A DNA stretch of 64,000 nt from an uncultured Methanosarcinales archaeon (GTDB lineage: Archaea > Nanobdellota > Nanobdellia > Woesearchaeales > GW2011-AR9). The notes beneath the pieces were generated by a model, which saw only the letters and a list, made by a program, of their open reading frames with translations, ran no database searches and was not told where the DNA came from. Shown here in pieces: positions 49,684-58,849 of this stretch. The DNA is taken from contig CAYSWQ010000001.1 of NCBI GenBank assembly GCA_964434885.1, positions 11,327-75,326 on the forward strand, in the 5' to 3' direction. A program made the position numbers and the translations under genes. How positions within the stretch are numbered: the stretch's first letter is position 1; every line of letters begins with the position of its first letter.

Positions 49684-50439
49684 TTAGTTTTGTTTGATTA
49701 TATTCTCAAACACTTCTTCCAAGGACACTTCTTTGTCCATCCTTTGATAAGGTTTTTTAACCTCTTTAACTGTGCCTTGAGCAACAATCTTGCCTTTTTT
49801 TAGCAAGATGACTTGGTTGCAAATTTTTTCAATATCATGTAAATGGTGGGAAGCAATAACAACTGTAATTCCTTGTCTGTTAGCATGATCAATTAAATGC
49901 AAGATTTCTTTTTGTAAAATTGGATCTAAATTAGCAGTTGGTTCGTCCAATAATAACAATTTGGGATTGTGAATTAAGGAACAAGACAAATCTAATCTTT
50001 TTTGCATTCCGACAGAAAGATGTTCAGATAATTTATTTTCAAATTCAATAAGTTCTGTGAATTCTAATAAATTTTTGATATTTTTCTTTAGGATTTTAGT
50101 TTTAACACCATATAATTTACCAAAATGATATAGGTTTTCTTTAATAGTTAATTTGGGATAGAATGAAGATACTTGAGCTGCAAAACCAAATTTTCTCTTA
50201 ACTTCTTTTTGATTCTTGTGGACATGCTTTCTTTTTTTATTTACATCTAATTGATAAGTAACTTCTCCTTCATCTGGCTCATAAAAACCAATTAATGTAT
50301 TGAGAATTGTTGTCTTTCCACTTCCCGATTGTCCAATGATTCCAACAACATCTCCTTCTTTGATTGAAAAACTAACATTATCTAAAATTATCTTCTTACC
50401 AAATTCCTTGGTGACCTCTTTTAATTGGAGCAATTCCAC
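49684..50439 (-). CDS. ABC transporter ATP-binding protein
   Basis: Walker A GQSGSGKTT, signature LSVGMQKRL, Walker B LLLLDEPT, H-loop. Confidence 0.85.
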   Translation of the reverse strand: MELLQLKEVTKEFGKKIILDNVSFSIKEGDVVGIIGQSGSGKTTILNTLIGFYEPDEGEVTYQLDVNKKRKHVHKNQKEVKRKFGFAAQVSSFYPKLTIKENLYHFGKLYGVKTKILKKNIKNLLEFTELIEFENKLSEHLSVGMQKRLDLSCSLIHNPKLLLLDEPTANLDPILQKEILHLIDHANRQGITVVIASHHLHDIEKICNQVILLKKGKIVAQGTVKEVKKPYQRMDKEVSLEEVFENIIKQN

Positions 50440-50545
50440 AAGATTAGAAGAATCTTTTTATTTATAAACTTAACTATCATCTTTGTTATTGGTTTGATTA
50501 AAAGCAACAATATTTATATACTACTGATAATTTGGAATTAAAATC

Positions 50546-51424
50546 ATGAAGAATAAACTATTACATTTTTATGATAAGCAATACAAAAAATTGTTGGTTA
50601 TCCCTTTTGTACTCTTAATTTTGGCGTTGGGAATAATTGGTTTTACTTATGTTAGTACTGGTGATTTTGTAAATAAAGGAATCAGTTTAAAAGGAGGATC
50701 TACAGTTACGATTAGTAAAACTGTTGATATTAAAGGCCTAGAATCTTTTCTTCAACAACAATTTCCGCGAGGAGATATTGCAGTTAGAAGTTTAAGTTCA
50801 GCAGGAAAAACTGTGGGCATAGCTGTTGATTCTGATGCTCAAGAAAGTAAAGAAATCAAAGCTTTAACTGATGTTTTGGAATCTAAATTAGGTTTAAAAA
50901 AAGCAGATTATGGTGTAGAAGTAATGGGTAGTGCTTTAGGAAAAAGCTTCTTTAAGCAAACTCTTTATGCTTTATTGATTGCTTTCTTATTAATGGGTTT
51001 AGTGGTGTTTTTTTACTTTAGGACTTTAGCCCCCAGTTTAGCTGTTATGTTAGCGGCCATTTCAGACATTGTTGTAACTTTAGCTATTTTTAATTTAACT
51101 GGAATGAAACTAGGAACTGCAGGAATTGCAGCATTCTTGATGTTAATTGGTTATTCTGTAGATACTGATGTTTTATTGAGTACTCGGGTTTTGAAAAGAA
51201 AAGAAGGTTCCGTTATGGATAGAGTGTTGAGCAGTATGAAAACAGGATTAACAATGAGTGTTACTACTTTAACTGCAGTTATTGTGGGTTTAATTTTTGT
51301 TAAAAGTGAAATCATTAAACAAATCATGATTATTTTGTTAATTGGGTTGATTGTGGATATTATCATGACTTATATTCAAAACGTAGGTATCTTAAGATTG
51401 TATTTGGAGAAGAAGAAAAAATAA
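50546..51424 (+). CDS. secF: Protein-export membrane protein SecF
   Basis: GISLKGGSTVTI motif, 6-TM C-terminal core. Confidence 0.75.
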   Translation: MKNKLLHFYDKQYKKLLVIPFVLLILALGIIGFTYVSTGDFVNKGISLKGGSTVTISKTVDIKGLESFLQQQFPRGDIAVRSLSSAGKTVGIAVDSDAQESKEIKALTDVLESKLGLKKADYGVEVMGSALGKSFFKQTLYALLIAFLLMGLVVFFYFRTLAPSLAVMLAAISDIVVTLAIFNLTGMKLGTAGIAAFLMLIGYSVDTDVLLSTRVLKRKEGSVMDRVLSSMKTGLTMSVTTLTAVIVGLIFVKSEIIKQIMIILLIGLIVDIIMTYIQNVGILRLYLEKKKK

Positions 51425-51425
51425 A

Positions 51426-53000
51426 ATGGAACTAAAAAAATTAATAACTAATTGGAGAGTAATTATCTTATTGATTTTTATGGTCTTTGCTCTAGTGGCA
51501 ATTAAACCTTCACCTACAATTGAGGGAGTTAGTATTAGAAGTGTAGATGCCAATTCTTCCGCTGCAGTAGCTGGAATTGTTAGCCCTAATTCTAAATTAA
51601 CTCCTTTAGCTAAAGAAAGAATCATTGATGTGAATGGTCAGAAAATTAATTCAGTTCAAGATTATTTTTCAGAAATTAACAAATTGCAAGAAAATTTAAC
51701 TATTCATTTAGAAACAAACAAGAAAACTTATAGTTTAATCACCAAAAAAGATTCTTTTGGCCAAATAGATTTAGGAATTAAAATATATGAAGCACCAACT
51801 TCTAATTTAAGAAAAGGTTTAGATTTAGAAGGTGGAACAAGAGTTTTGTTAAAACCAGCTCAACAAGTTTCTGATGACAACATGGACATTATTTTAGCTA
51901 ATTTAAAAGAAAGGCTAAACGTTTATGGTTTAGCAGATATTATTGTTAGAACAGCAACAGATTTGGCAGGAGAAGATTATATTTTAATTGAGATGGCTGG
52001 TGTAACTGAAGACGAAGTTAAGGAATTATTAGCTAAACAAGGAAAATTCGAAGCAAAAATTAGTAATGAAACAGTTTTCTTTGGAGGAAAGAAAGATATA
52101 ACTTATGTTTGTCGAAGTGCAGATTGTTCTGGAATAGATCCTCAGCAAGGATGTGGTAAAACACAAGATGGTTGGGGTTGTGGTTTTTTCTTCGGAATTA
52201 CTTTAAGTCCAGAAGCGGCCAAAAGACAAGCTAGCTTAACTCAGAATTTAGGAGTAGTTAGTGAAGCAGGTGGTTCTTACTTAAATGAAAGTTTGATTTT
52301 ATATTTAGATGACAAAGAAGTTGATTCCTTACGAATTGGTGCTAGTTTGAAAGGACAAGCTACAAGTGATATTCAGATTTCTGGTGGGGGTTCAGGTAGA
52401 ACTCAACAAGAAGCAGCCACAAACACATTGAATAACATGAAAAGACTACAGACAATCATTATTACTGGTTCTTTACCAGTAAAATTGAATATTGTTAAAA
52501 TGGATACTATTTCTCCAGTATTAGGGAAAGAGTTTTTGAGTAATGCAATTTTAGTTGGAGCTTTGGCTTTATTATCTGTGGTGGTTGTGGTTTTAATTAG
52601 ATATCGGAAAATAAAAGTTGTTTTACCAATGATAACAACCTTAGCTTCAGAGGTAGTTTTGGTTTTAGGTTTTGCTGCATTGGTAGGTTGGAACTTAGAT
52701 TTAGCTTCGATTGCTGGAATAATTATTATGGTAGGTACAGGTGTAGATCATTTAATTATTATTACTGATGAAACATTAAAAGGTAAAGTAGTTTATGATT
52801 GGAAAGAAAAGATAAAAAGAGCAATGTTTATTGTGATGGCAGCTTACTTTACTACTTGTGCTGGAATGATTCCATTATGGTTTGCAGGGGCAGGATTGTT
52901 GAAAGGTTTTGCATTTACAACCATTGTAGGTATTTCTTTTGGAGTATTGGTTGCTAGACCAGCTTATGCGGCAGCAGTTGAAATATTGTTGAAAGAATAA
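51426..53000 (+). CDS. secD: Protein-export membrane protein SecD
   Basis: GLDLEGGTRVLLKP motif, large periplasmic-like domain, C-terminal 6-TM core; 1-nt spacing to secF. Confidence 0.75.
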   Translation: MELKKLITNWRVIILLIFMVFALVAIKPSPTIEGVSIRSVDANSSAAVAGIVSPNSKLTPLAKERIIDVNGQKINSVQDYFSEINKLQENLTIHLETNKKTYSLITKKDSFGQIDLGIKIYEAPTSNLRKGLDLEGGTRVLLKPAQQVSDDNMDIILANLKERLNVYGLADIIVRTATDLAGEDYILIEMAGVTEDEVKELLAKQGKFEAKISNETVFFGGKKDITYVCRSADCSGIDPQQGCGKTQDGWGCGFFFGITLSPEAAKRQASLTQNLGVVSEAGGSYLNESLILYLDDKEVDSLRIGASLKGQATSDIQISGGGSGRTQQEAATNTLNNMKRLQTIIITGSLPVKLNIVKMDTISPVLGKEFLSNAILVGALALLSVVVVVLIRYRKIKVVLPMITTLASEVVLVLGFAALVGWNLDLASIAGIIIMVGTGVDHLIIITDETLKGKVVYDWKEKIKRAMFIVMAAYFTTCAGMIPLWFAGAGLLKGFAFTTIVGISFGVLVARPAYAAAVEILLKE

Positions 53001-53006
53001 TGAGTT

Positions 53007-53219
53007 TTATTTTTTTCTAAAGTAATCATAAACAGCAGAGAGAATAAAGACTGCTTGTAGAATGATGAAGATTGGGTCTTTAAGATAGATGCTGTATATT
53101 TCAAGACATACTCCTCCGAAGATGAAGAATAAGTCTTTTTGTTTTCTTTTCTTTAGTAAAACTCCAAAAATAATTAGAAGCAAACCTACAATCCCAAATA
53201 ATTTGAAAAGATTAAACAT
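53007..53219 (-). CDS. Small 2-TM membrane protein
   Basis: 70 aa, two hydrophobic helices; overlaps the upstream membrane protein gene. Confidence 0.3.
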   Translation of the reverse strand: MFNLFKLFGIVGLLLIIFGVLLKKRKQKDLFFIFGGVCLEIYSIYLKDPIFIILQAVFILSAVYDYFRKK

Positions 53220-53709
53220 GATGTTTGCTCCTAAATCGATCGATCAAATAAGGGGCAATAAACGCTACTGCAAAAACCAAAGCAATAATCCAAGGATTAT
53301 GGGTTGTGTTCTGTACTTTTAAGTCTTTAATGAATTGGTTGGAAATAATAACCATGATTATAACATTAATTAGGCCGAGAAGAGGAACGATTATTCCAGC
53401 AAGAAGATGATGTTTTTTTTCTAAATGTCCAATATCTAAAACTAAGAAATTATAGAGGAAACCAATTGTGCCGGCTAAAACAACAATTAAAATATACAAC
53501 AACCATTTATTCAAGACAATCAAAAAAGGAATTAAAATTAATGATACAATTAAGTTAGCGAAGACAATTACTACTAATGCCGACCAAAAGATGATCTTAG
53601 AGAAAAAAACATCGTGTTTTTCAGTTTGTTCTAGGAGCGTTTCAGCTTTCTTAATCTCGGCTTCGTGCCAGCCTTTGTTCAATAGTGCCTCTTTTTTTTG
53701 GGGATGCAT
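53212..53709 (-). CDS. 4-TM membrane protein
   Basis: 165 aa, hydrophobic; immediately downstream of minD. Confidence 0.4.
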   Translation of the reverse strand: MHPQKKEALLNKGWHEAEIKKAETLLEQTEKHDVFFSKIIFWSALVVIVFANLIVSLILIPFLIVLNKWLLYILIVVLAGTIGFLYNFLVLDIGHLEKKHHLLAGIIVPLLGLINVIIMVIISNQFIKDLKVQNTTHNPWIIALVFAVAFIAPYLIDRFRSKHHV

Positions 53710-53711
53710 TC

Positions 53712-54446
53712 TTAACTTATTTTTTCATCCAGTAAATACTCTGCCAGTTTTAAATATTGCTTAGATGATTTGGCGCGCGGATATAAATGATGTGAAGGTG
53801 CTTGTTTATGTAATGCTTTTTTGATTTTCTTATCTTGTGGGACATCTATTAGTAGGGGTATCCCTAATGTTTTTTCGGTATCAGTTGCTTTGATTTCATG
53901 ACGTCCTTTATTAGTTAGGTTTAAGACAAAACCAGGGATTGTGTTGTTGTTTTCCCTAGCTAATTCTATCGCTTTCAGAGAATCTATTAGAGAGCTTAAA
54001 TTAGGGTTAGCAACAACGATTGCTTCGTCTGTGTTTTTTAATACTTGGACCAATTCATATCCTAAACCAGCAGGACAATCAACTAAAACAATATCTGCGA
54101 TGTTTTCTAAATGTTCAAAAATTTCGGTGATTTTGTCAGGTTGGGTTTTTTTGAAATCTTGATAAGAAACGGAACTGGGAATGAAATTTATTCCAGAATG
54201 ATGTAAATGAATAACTTCAGGTAATGATTTTGTTCTTCTAAGAAAATCATTTAAACTCGCTTCCACAGAAGCAACCCCCAAATGACCAGCCAAATTAGGA
54301 GTAGCAAAGTTAGCGTCTAAAAGAATTACTTTTTTTCCCAATTTAGTTAATGCATGACCTAAATTTAAAGTGGTGGTTGTTTTACCTACACCTCCTTTTC
54401 CAGAAATCATGGCAATAAATTTAGTCATCTTCGGTAATGCCCTCAA
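53712..54446 (-). CDS. minD: MinD/ParA-family P-loop ATPase
   Basis: Deviant Walker A ISGKGGVGKTTTT, ...ILLDAN..., 244 aa. Confidence 0.8.
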   Translation of the reverse strand: MRALPKMTKFIAMISGKGGVGKTTTTLNLGHALTKLGKKVILLDANFATPNLAGHLGVASVEASLNDFLRRTKSLPEVIHLHHSGINFIPSSVSYQDFKKTQPDKITEIFEHLENIADIVLVDCPAGLGYELVQVLKNTDEAIVVANPNLSSLIDSLKAIELARENNNTIPGFVLNLTNKGRHEIKATDTEKTLGIPLLIDVPQDKKIKKALHKQAPSHHLYPRAKSSKQYLKLAEYLLDEKIS

Positions 54447-54888
54447 TAAATTCTACGGCGTAATCAAAAAATTGAAAAGATACTTTTTCGCAAGTTCCAA
54501 GATTGTCGATATCTAATTCTGTTGTTTTAAAACCATTGTTTACTACCAAAGTTACATGGCGACGATATTCTTCTCTTTTCGAATATTTGGAATTCAAAGT
54601 ATCTCTTAAGAAACAATAAAAAGTAATCATATTCAAAAATCTTTGATCTTCTGGATAAGTATCAATAACCAATGTACTCTTTAAAGAAGGGCTTTTGGGA
54701 ATGGAAGAAATTAAATTTTTTTCTTTCGCATCTTCTAAAATAGCTTCAATTAAAAAGTCAAAAATACTAATTAATCTTTCTAAAGCGTTCCTAATAACGT
54801 CTACAGTTCGAGTGTACTTTAACGTAACATGGATAGTGTGTTCTAAGCGTTTAAGTTCTTCCCGAGCATCTAAAAGAGATTCGTTCAT
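54421..54888 (-). CDS. Hypothetical protein, paralog A of a tandem pair
   Basis: 155 aa; aligns with the upstream neighbour (HTIHVTLKYTRT...IEAIL versus DHILNVTYPLIK...ISSIL; YRRHVTLVVNNGFKTTELDIDNL versus FKRKDRFIICNKNYQMRGITTNQL). Confidence 0.4.
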   Translation of the reverse strand: MNESLLDAREELKRLEHTIHVTLKYTRTVDVIRNALERLISIFDFLIEAILEDAKEKNLISSIPKSPSLKSTLVIDTYPEDQRFLNMITFYCFLRDTLNSKYSKREEYRRHVTLVVNNGFKTTELDIDNLGTCEKVSFQFFDYAVEFIEGITEDD

Positions 54889-54907
54889 CTTGTTTTTAAG
54901 TAGAATA

Positions 54908-55399
54908 TTAGAGGTTCTTAAAAAACCTTTCCCTCTGGGAAGTGATATCTTGTGTTATTTTTAAGAATTCCTTAGTTTTTTGTAAATATGTTTTAAGTTG
55001 ATTAGTGGTAATTCCTCGCATTTGATAGTTCTTATTGCAAATAATAAAGCGGTCTTTTCTCTTAAATTCAATAGGGCTTTTTTTGTGTAAATGAATTATT
55101 TCTTGTAAATCTTGAATTAAGTTCATATATTCTTGGTCTATTTTGTATCTGGGGACGCACTTGTATCTAAAAATATTAAATTTACTTTCAAAAGTATCTT
55201 CGAATAAAGGAACTAATTTGAAAATTCTTTCGTGGTGAAGAATAGAACTAATAGCGTTGTTTAGTGCTAAAAAAAGATTATCTGTTACACCAAGTAATAA
55301 TTTAGTATCTTTAATTAAAGGATAAGTTACATTAAGAATATGATCTGCTACTTGGAAATTCTTATGAGATTCTTCTCTTAAGGCCTGAAATTTTTCCAT
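54908..55399 (-). CDS. Hypothetical protein, paralog B of a tandem pair
   Basis: 163 aa; see paralog A. Confidence 0.4.
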   Translation of the reverse strand: MEKFQALREESHKNFQVADHILNVTYPLIKDTKLLLGVTDNLFLALNNAISSILHHERIFKLVPLFEDTFESKFNIFRYKCVPRYKIDQEYMNLIQDLQEIIHLHKKSPIEFKRKDRFIICNKNYQMRGITTNQLKTYLQKTKEFLKITQDITSQRERFFKNL

Positions 55400-55445
55400 T
55401 ATTTAAGGGTAATATGTTGAATTATAAAAAATTTTAGGAGAAAAA

Positions 55446-55787
55446 TTACTCTTTCTTCAATTCCATGATTGTTTCAGCTAGATCCCCTTGGTTCTTTTCT
55501 AAGGTTTCTTTGGCTTCTTCTTTAGAACAACCAGTCTGTTCAACCACTGTTTGAATGTCTTCTTCAGAAATATCTGGGGTGGTTGATCTTTCTTGTTCGT
55601 GTACTTCTCCAACAACTTGGTAGGTTTCTTGACCCATCATATTAACTTTAGAAACTTGAGGATTGGTGATGATTAAGTCTTTGTCTTCAGATTTGATAAT
55701 CACTTCTGTTGCAGGAACCTCTACTTGTTGAATCCCCATCTGCTTCATCATCTGTTGCATCTTACGAGGATTCATTCCTGGAAACAT
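55446..55787 (-). CDS. nac: Nascent polypeptide-associated complex protein (NAC alpha) with UBA domain
   Basis: N-terminal MNPRKMQQMMKQMGI, NAC domain, C-terminal UBA (EEDIQTVVEQTGCSKEEAKETLEKNQGDLAETI). Confidence 0.8.
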   Translation of the reverse strand: MFPGMNPRKMQQMMKQMGIQQVEVPATEVIIKSEDKDLIITNPQVSKVNMMGQETYQVVGEVHEQERSTTPDISEEDIQTVVEQTGCSKEEAKETLEKNQGDLAETIMELKKE

Positions 55788-55969
55788 CAGTTAGTCACCC
55801 CAAACCAAGCTCCACCAAAAGAATGAAGAATGATGATGATTATCATAACAATAATACATAAAACAATTACGGCGTTAGGAGAAAATTCAATCTTTGATCT
55901 GTACTCATCAAAATATCTCGTTAAGCCACCTTGTCCAGAAGGCATTCTTAATTTGTTATCTCTTCCCAT
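55787..55969 (-). CDS. secG: Preprotein translocase Sec61-beta (archaeal SecG)
   Basis: GLTRYFDEYRSKIEFSPNAVIVLCIIV... gives the conserved G(L)xRYF motif plus C-terminal TM. Confidence 0.6.
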   Translation of the reverse strand: MGRDNKLRMPSGQGGLTRYFDEYRSKIEFSPNAVIVLCIIVMIIIIILHSFGGAWFGVTN

Positions 55970-56023
55970 TTTAGTTTTGAATTAGTAGAATTTTAAATAG
56001 TTTTTGGTATTTGTTTAAAAAAA

Positions 56024-56391
56024 TAGAGTAGAGTGGAATAAGCCACCTTCTGTCAGACCCAAAATATTCATTGAATATCGATGGTCTGTTTTAGCATTCT
56101 ACTAAGCGTGTCTAAGCACTTGCACCAACCGGGTCCAGAAAAAGCCTAAGCTTTTTAGGACCCCCGAGTTATACTCGGAGGGTTTCGCCGTTTCATCGTT
56201 CCCTTTGAGGACGTCGATGGATTAACTCGCTTATTTCTCAACAAGCTTCGCCATTTTCATTCCATAACTCAAAGGACGTGTCGTTTCTAAGCCAGAGCCA
56301 AGAGATTTCCTCTTCTCCGAAGAGCGGTCTTTGTGTGGTGGGTGGACTTTCCTCAGTCAAATTGACCGTTAGCTAAATACCACTACTACTC
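56024..56391 (-). ncRNA. rnpB: RNase P RNA (archaeal type A-like)
   Basis: Minus-strand transcript contains CR-I/P4 5' strand GAGGAAAGUCCACC and CR-V/P4 3' strand ACAGAAGGUGGCUUAU; 5' GAGUAGUAGUGG and 3' CCACUCUACUC form P1; the region is protein-free and GC-enriched relative to flanks. Confidence 0.75.
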
Positions 56392-56412
56392 ATTAATTTT
56401 ATTTAAGTTGGG

Positions 56413-56421
56413 CTTTATAAA
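56413..56421 (-). promoter_or_regulatory. TATA box (TTTATAAAG on minus strand) about 23-30 nt upstream of the RNase P RNA 5' end
   Basis: ctttataaa at the archaeal TATA position relative to the inferred P1 5' end. Confidence 0.4.
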
Positions 56422-56521
56422 TGTTTTGTTAAATTGTTACTTTATAGAGATTACATTTATACTGGTGATGCTGAATAGAAAATTATTTAAACATTAATCA
56501 TTTGAATGAATAAATATTAGA

Positions 56522-56806
56522 GTGAGGTGTTATCCAATGTTAAAAATGAAAAAAATTTCAGAAACTTATGATATGAAAGTATTTACAGACTCTGGAGATT
56601 ACTTCGGAGATGTTGAAGATAGTATTATTACTGGCAACAAGGTTTTCGGATGGAAAATCAAAGCCACTAAAGCATCATTGTTAAGTAAGGTTTTGGGTAG
56701 TGCAAAAGGAGTTATTGTTCCACACCAATTAGTTGGGGCTGTAGGAGATGTGTTAATTATCTCAAAAAGTGCTATTCCAAGTCATGTAGAAGAAAAAGAA
56801 GAATGA
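56522..56806 (+). CDS. PRC-barrel domain protein
   Basis: ...ISETYDMKVFTDSGDYFGDVEDSII...VIVPHQLVGAVGDVLIISK is the PRC-barrel pattern. Confidence 0.55.
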   Translation: MRCYPMLKMKKISETYDMKVFTDSGDYFGDVEDSIITGNKVFGWKIKATKASLLSKVLGSAKGVIVPHQLVGAVGDVLIISKSAIPSHVEEKEE

Positions 56807-56994
56807 ATTTTGAGAAGTTAATAAATGACTTAGTTGTATCTAATTTCTTTTCTGGTAGCCAATGGCATCCAGAACAAGAAGAATTGGATGAAATTTTTAT
56901 GGCTAGTTGAGTTTTTATCTTATTCAATTATGTTTAATTATTTTGTAAGTTAGTTAATAATTTAGTTAATTTTTTGTATTGTAACTACTAATAA

Positions 56995-58050
56995 ATGATT
57001 AAAAATAGAAAGATTTATAAACTAAAACCCATCATTATAAGTAAAATGGAGATGACTAGAAGAAAAATGATATTGACAAGCTTAGGAATTGCGGCTCTTG
57101 CAGATTTAGCTCTTGAAACTCAAGGCAAAGGGGTTGTAACTCTTTCTGCCAAAGCGCTCGATCGTGAAGTTGGAGTTAGTTCTAATTATGATAAAATGAA
57201 AGAACATGCTCAAAAAATAACTGCTTCGGATGGAGTAGATATATTTTATTGGATAACTTCAAAACCAGAAATGAATAAACCAACAGTTTTACTTCACCCT
57301 GGATCATCTTATAACCATACTTCTTTTTTGGGTTTAGAGAAAAAACTTAATGATCAAGGTCATCCAACTATTGTTTTTGATCCGCGTGGGTTTGGATATT
57401 CTGAAGCGCCTGCCATTTCTGAATCATTTACACTAAAAAAATATACTTGTGATTTAGGTGAGATATTGCATAAAGAAGGAATTGAAAATCCAATTTTGTT
57501 AACTTGTAGTTTTGGGTTTATGCCTGCTGTTAATTACACTGCCGAAACAAAGAATGTTTCAAAGTTATTAGGTGTTTCAGCCACCCCTTGTACCAAGAAA
57601 ACTGCTTCAAGTGAAACTCAATTTGAAATATTTGATCGTGTGGGAAGATATGTTTTAGAATATCCAGGGAGTGTAGCCACTGCTTTGAAACATTGGGTTA
57701 AAGGGACAGAACGTGGATATCCAGACCAATCAATATATGAAGGGAAGACTGACATAGATATGTTTTGGACTATTGCAGATCAGCCTTTTAAAAAATTAAA
57801 GATGAATACTACTAGTGGTCGAGCGATAAATAAATGGGATGTTTCAGAACAACTTGGAAAAATTAATGTGCCAGTTCACTTAGTTTATGGATCAAAAGAC
57901 ATGTTAGTTGTTCCAGAAATGGCAGGTTCTTATATTAAAGAAAGAGTTAAAGGTAAATGTACAGTAGATATTATTCCTGATGCAGAACATATGGTTGCTA
58001 CCACAAACCCCGCAGTAGTTTTGCAAACGTTGAACAAATATTTAAAATAA
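56995..58050 (+). CDS. Alpha/beta-hydrolase fold protein with twin-arginine-like signal
   Basis: N-terminal ...MTRRKMILTSLGIAALADLALE fits an RR signal; followed by HPGSSYNH... and a C-terminal ...DAEHM histidine, typical of alpha/beta hydrolases. Confidence 0.55.
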   Translation: MIKNRKIYKLKPIIISKMEMTRRKMILTSLGIAALADLALETQGKGVVTLSAKALDREVGVSSNYDKMKEHAQKITASDGVDIFYWITSKPEMNKPTVLLHPGSSYNHTSFLGLEKKLNDQGHPTIVFDPRGFGYSEAPAISESFTLKKYTCDLGEILHKEGIENPILLTCSFGFMPAVNYTAETKNVSKLLGVSATPCTKKTASSETQFEIFDRVGRYVLEYPGSVATALKHWVKGTERGYPDQSIYEGKTDIDMFWTIADQPFKKLKMNTTSGRAINKWDVSEQLGKINVPVHLVYGSKDMLVVPEMAGSYIKERVKGKCTVDIIPDAEHMVATTNPAVVLQTLNKYLK

Positions 58051-58054
58051 ATTT

Positions 58055-58798
58055 CTAATCATTATCTACTCGAGGAGCTAAGATGAAACTTAAAGATAAT
58101 TTATCTACGCATTTGTATTCTACCTTAAGTGGATAATCATTGTTAAAACTTAAAGAAACCCTATCTGTTAATTTAGATCCAGCAATCATCTTTTTGAGAT
58201 ATTCTAAACTGTATTTGGCTTTGAACTTATCAACAGAATCAGTTTTGATAGCGGTGTCGTTATCTGGGTTGATTTCAATAAAAGCTTTAGATAAATCCCC
58301 TTCTGCTTTAATGACCATTTGGTTCTTTTCAGCTAATAAAGTAACTGATTCAGCTACCACACTAACATCTTCTACTGATTCAGTAAGAATATTTGCTCTA
58401 GTGTCTATGGCAACAGGAAAAGTAAGCTCGGGAACTTTTTGTTCTTTATCTTCCAATTCAATTAAAGGAATAGAAAATGAACGAGTAGTTCCACCTTTTA
58501 ATTTGATTTGTAGTTTGTTTTCTTCTGTTTCTAAGGTTAAAATATCATCACTTTTAGTTCTTCTAAGAACTTGTTTAAGATTGTTTAAATTAATAGCTAA
58601 TTCTTCTGGTTTTTCAAGTTCGTATTGAGTAAAACAACTACTTAATAATTTGAAAACAACCATGGCTACATTAGCGGGATCCATGGCCACCAATTCTAAG
58701 CCATCAGTAGTAATTTTGAATTTTGCTTCTGTAACTAAATCTGAGATAATAGAGATACTGTCTTTGAAATATTTTGGTTCTGCTAAGACTAATTTCAT
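58055..58798 (-). CDS. pcn: DNA polymerase sliding clamp PCNA
   Basis: 247 aa, two-domain PCNA pattern (MKLVLAEPKYFKDSISIISDLVTEAKFKITTDGLELVAMDPANVAMV). Confidence 0.85.
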   Translation of the reverse strand: MKLVLAEPKYFKDSISIISDLVTEAKFKITTDGLELVAMDPANVAMVVFKLLSSCFTQYELEKPEELAINLNNLKQVLRRTKSDDILTLETEENKLQIKLKGGTTRSFSIPLIELEDKEQKVPELTFPVAIDTRANILTESVEDVSVVAESVTLLAEKNQMVIKAEGDLSKAFIEINPDNDTAIKTDSVDKFKAKYSLEYLKKMIAGSKLTDRVSLSFNNDYPLKVEYKCVDKLSLSFILAPRVDND

Positions 58799-58849
58799 TA
58801 ATAACCACCTAGAAAATCTTGAGAATACTTGGATTTATAATAATTATGG

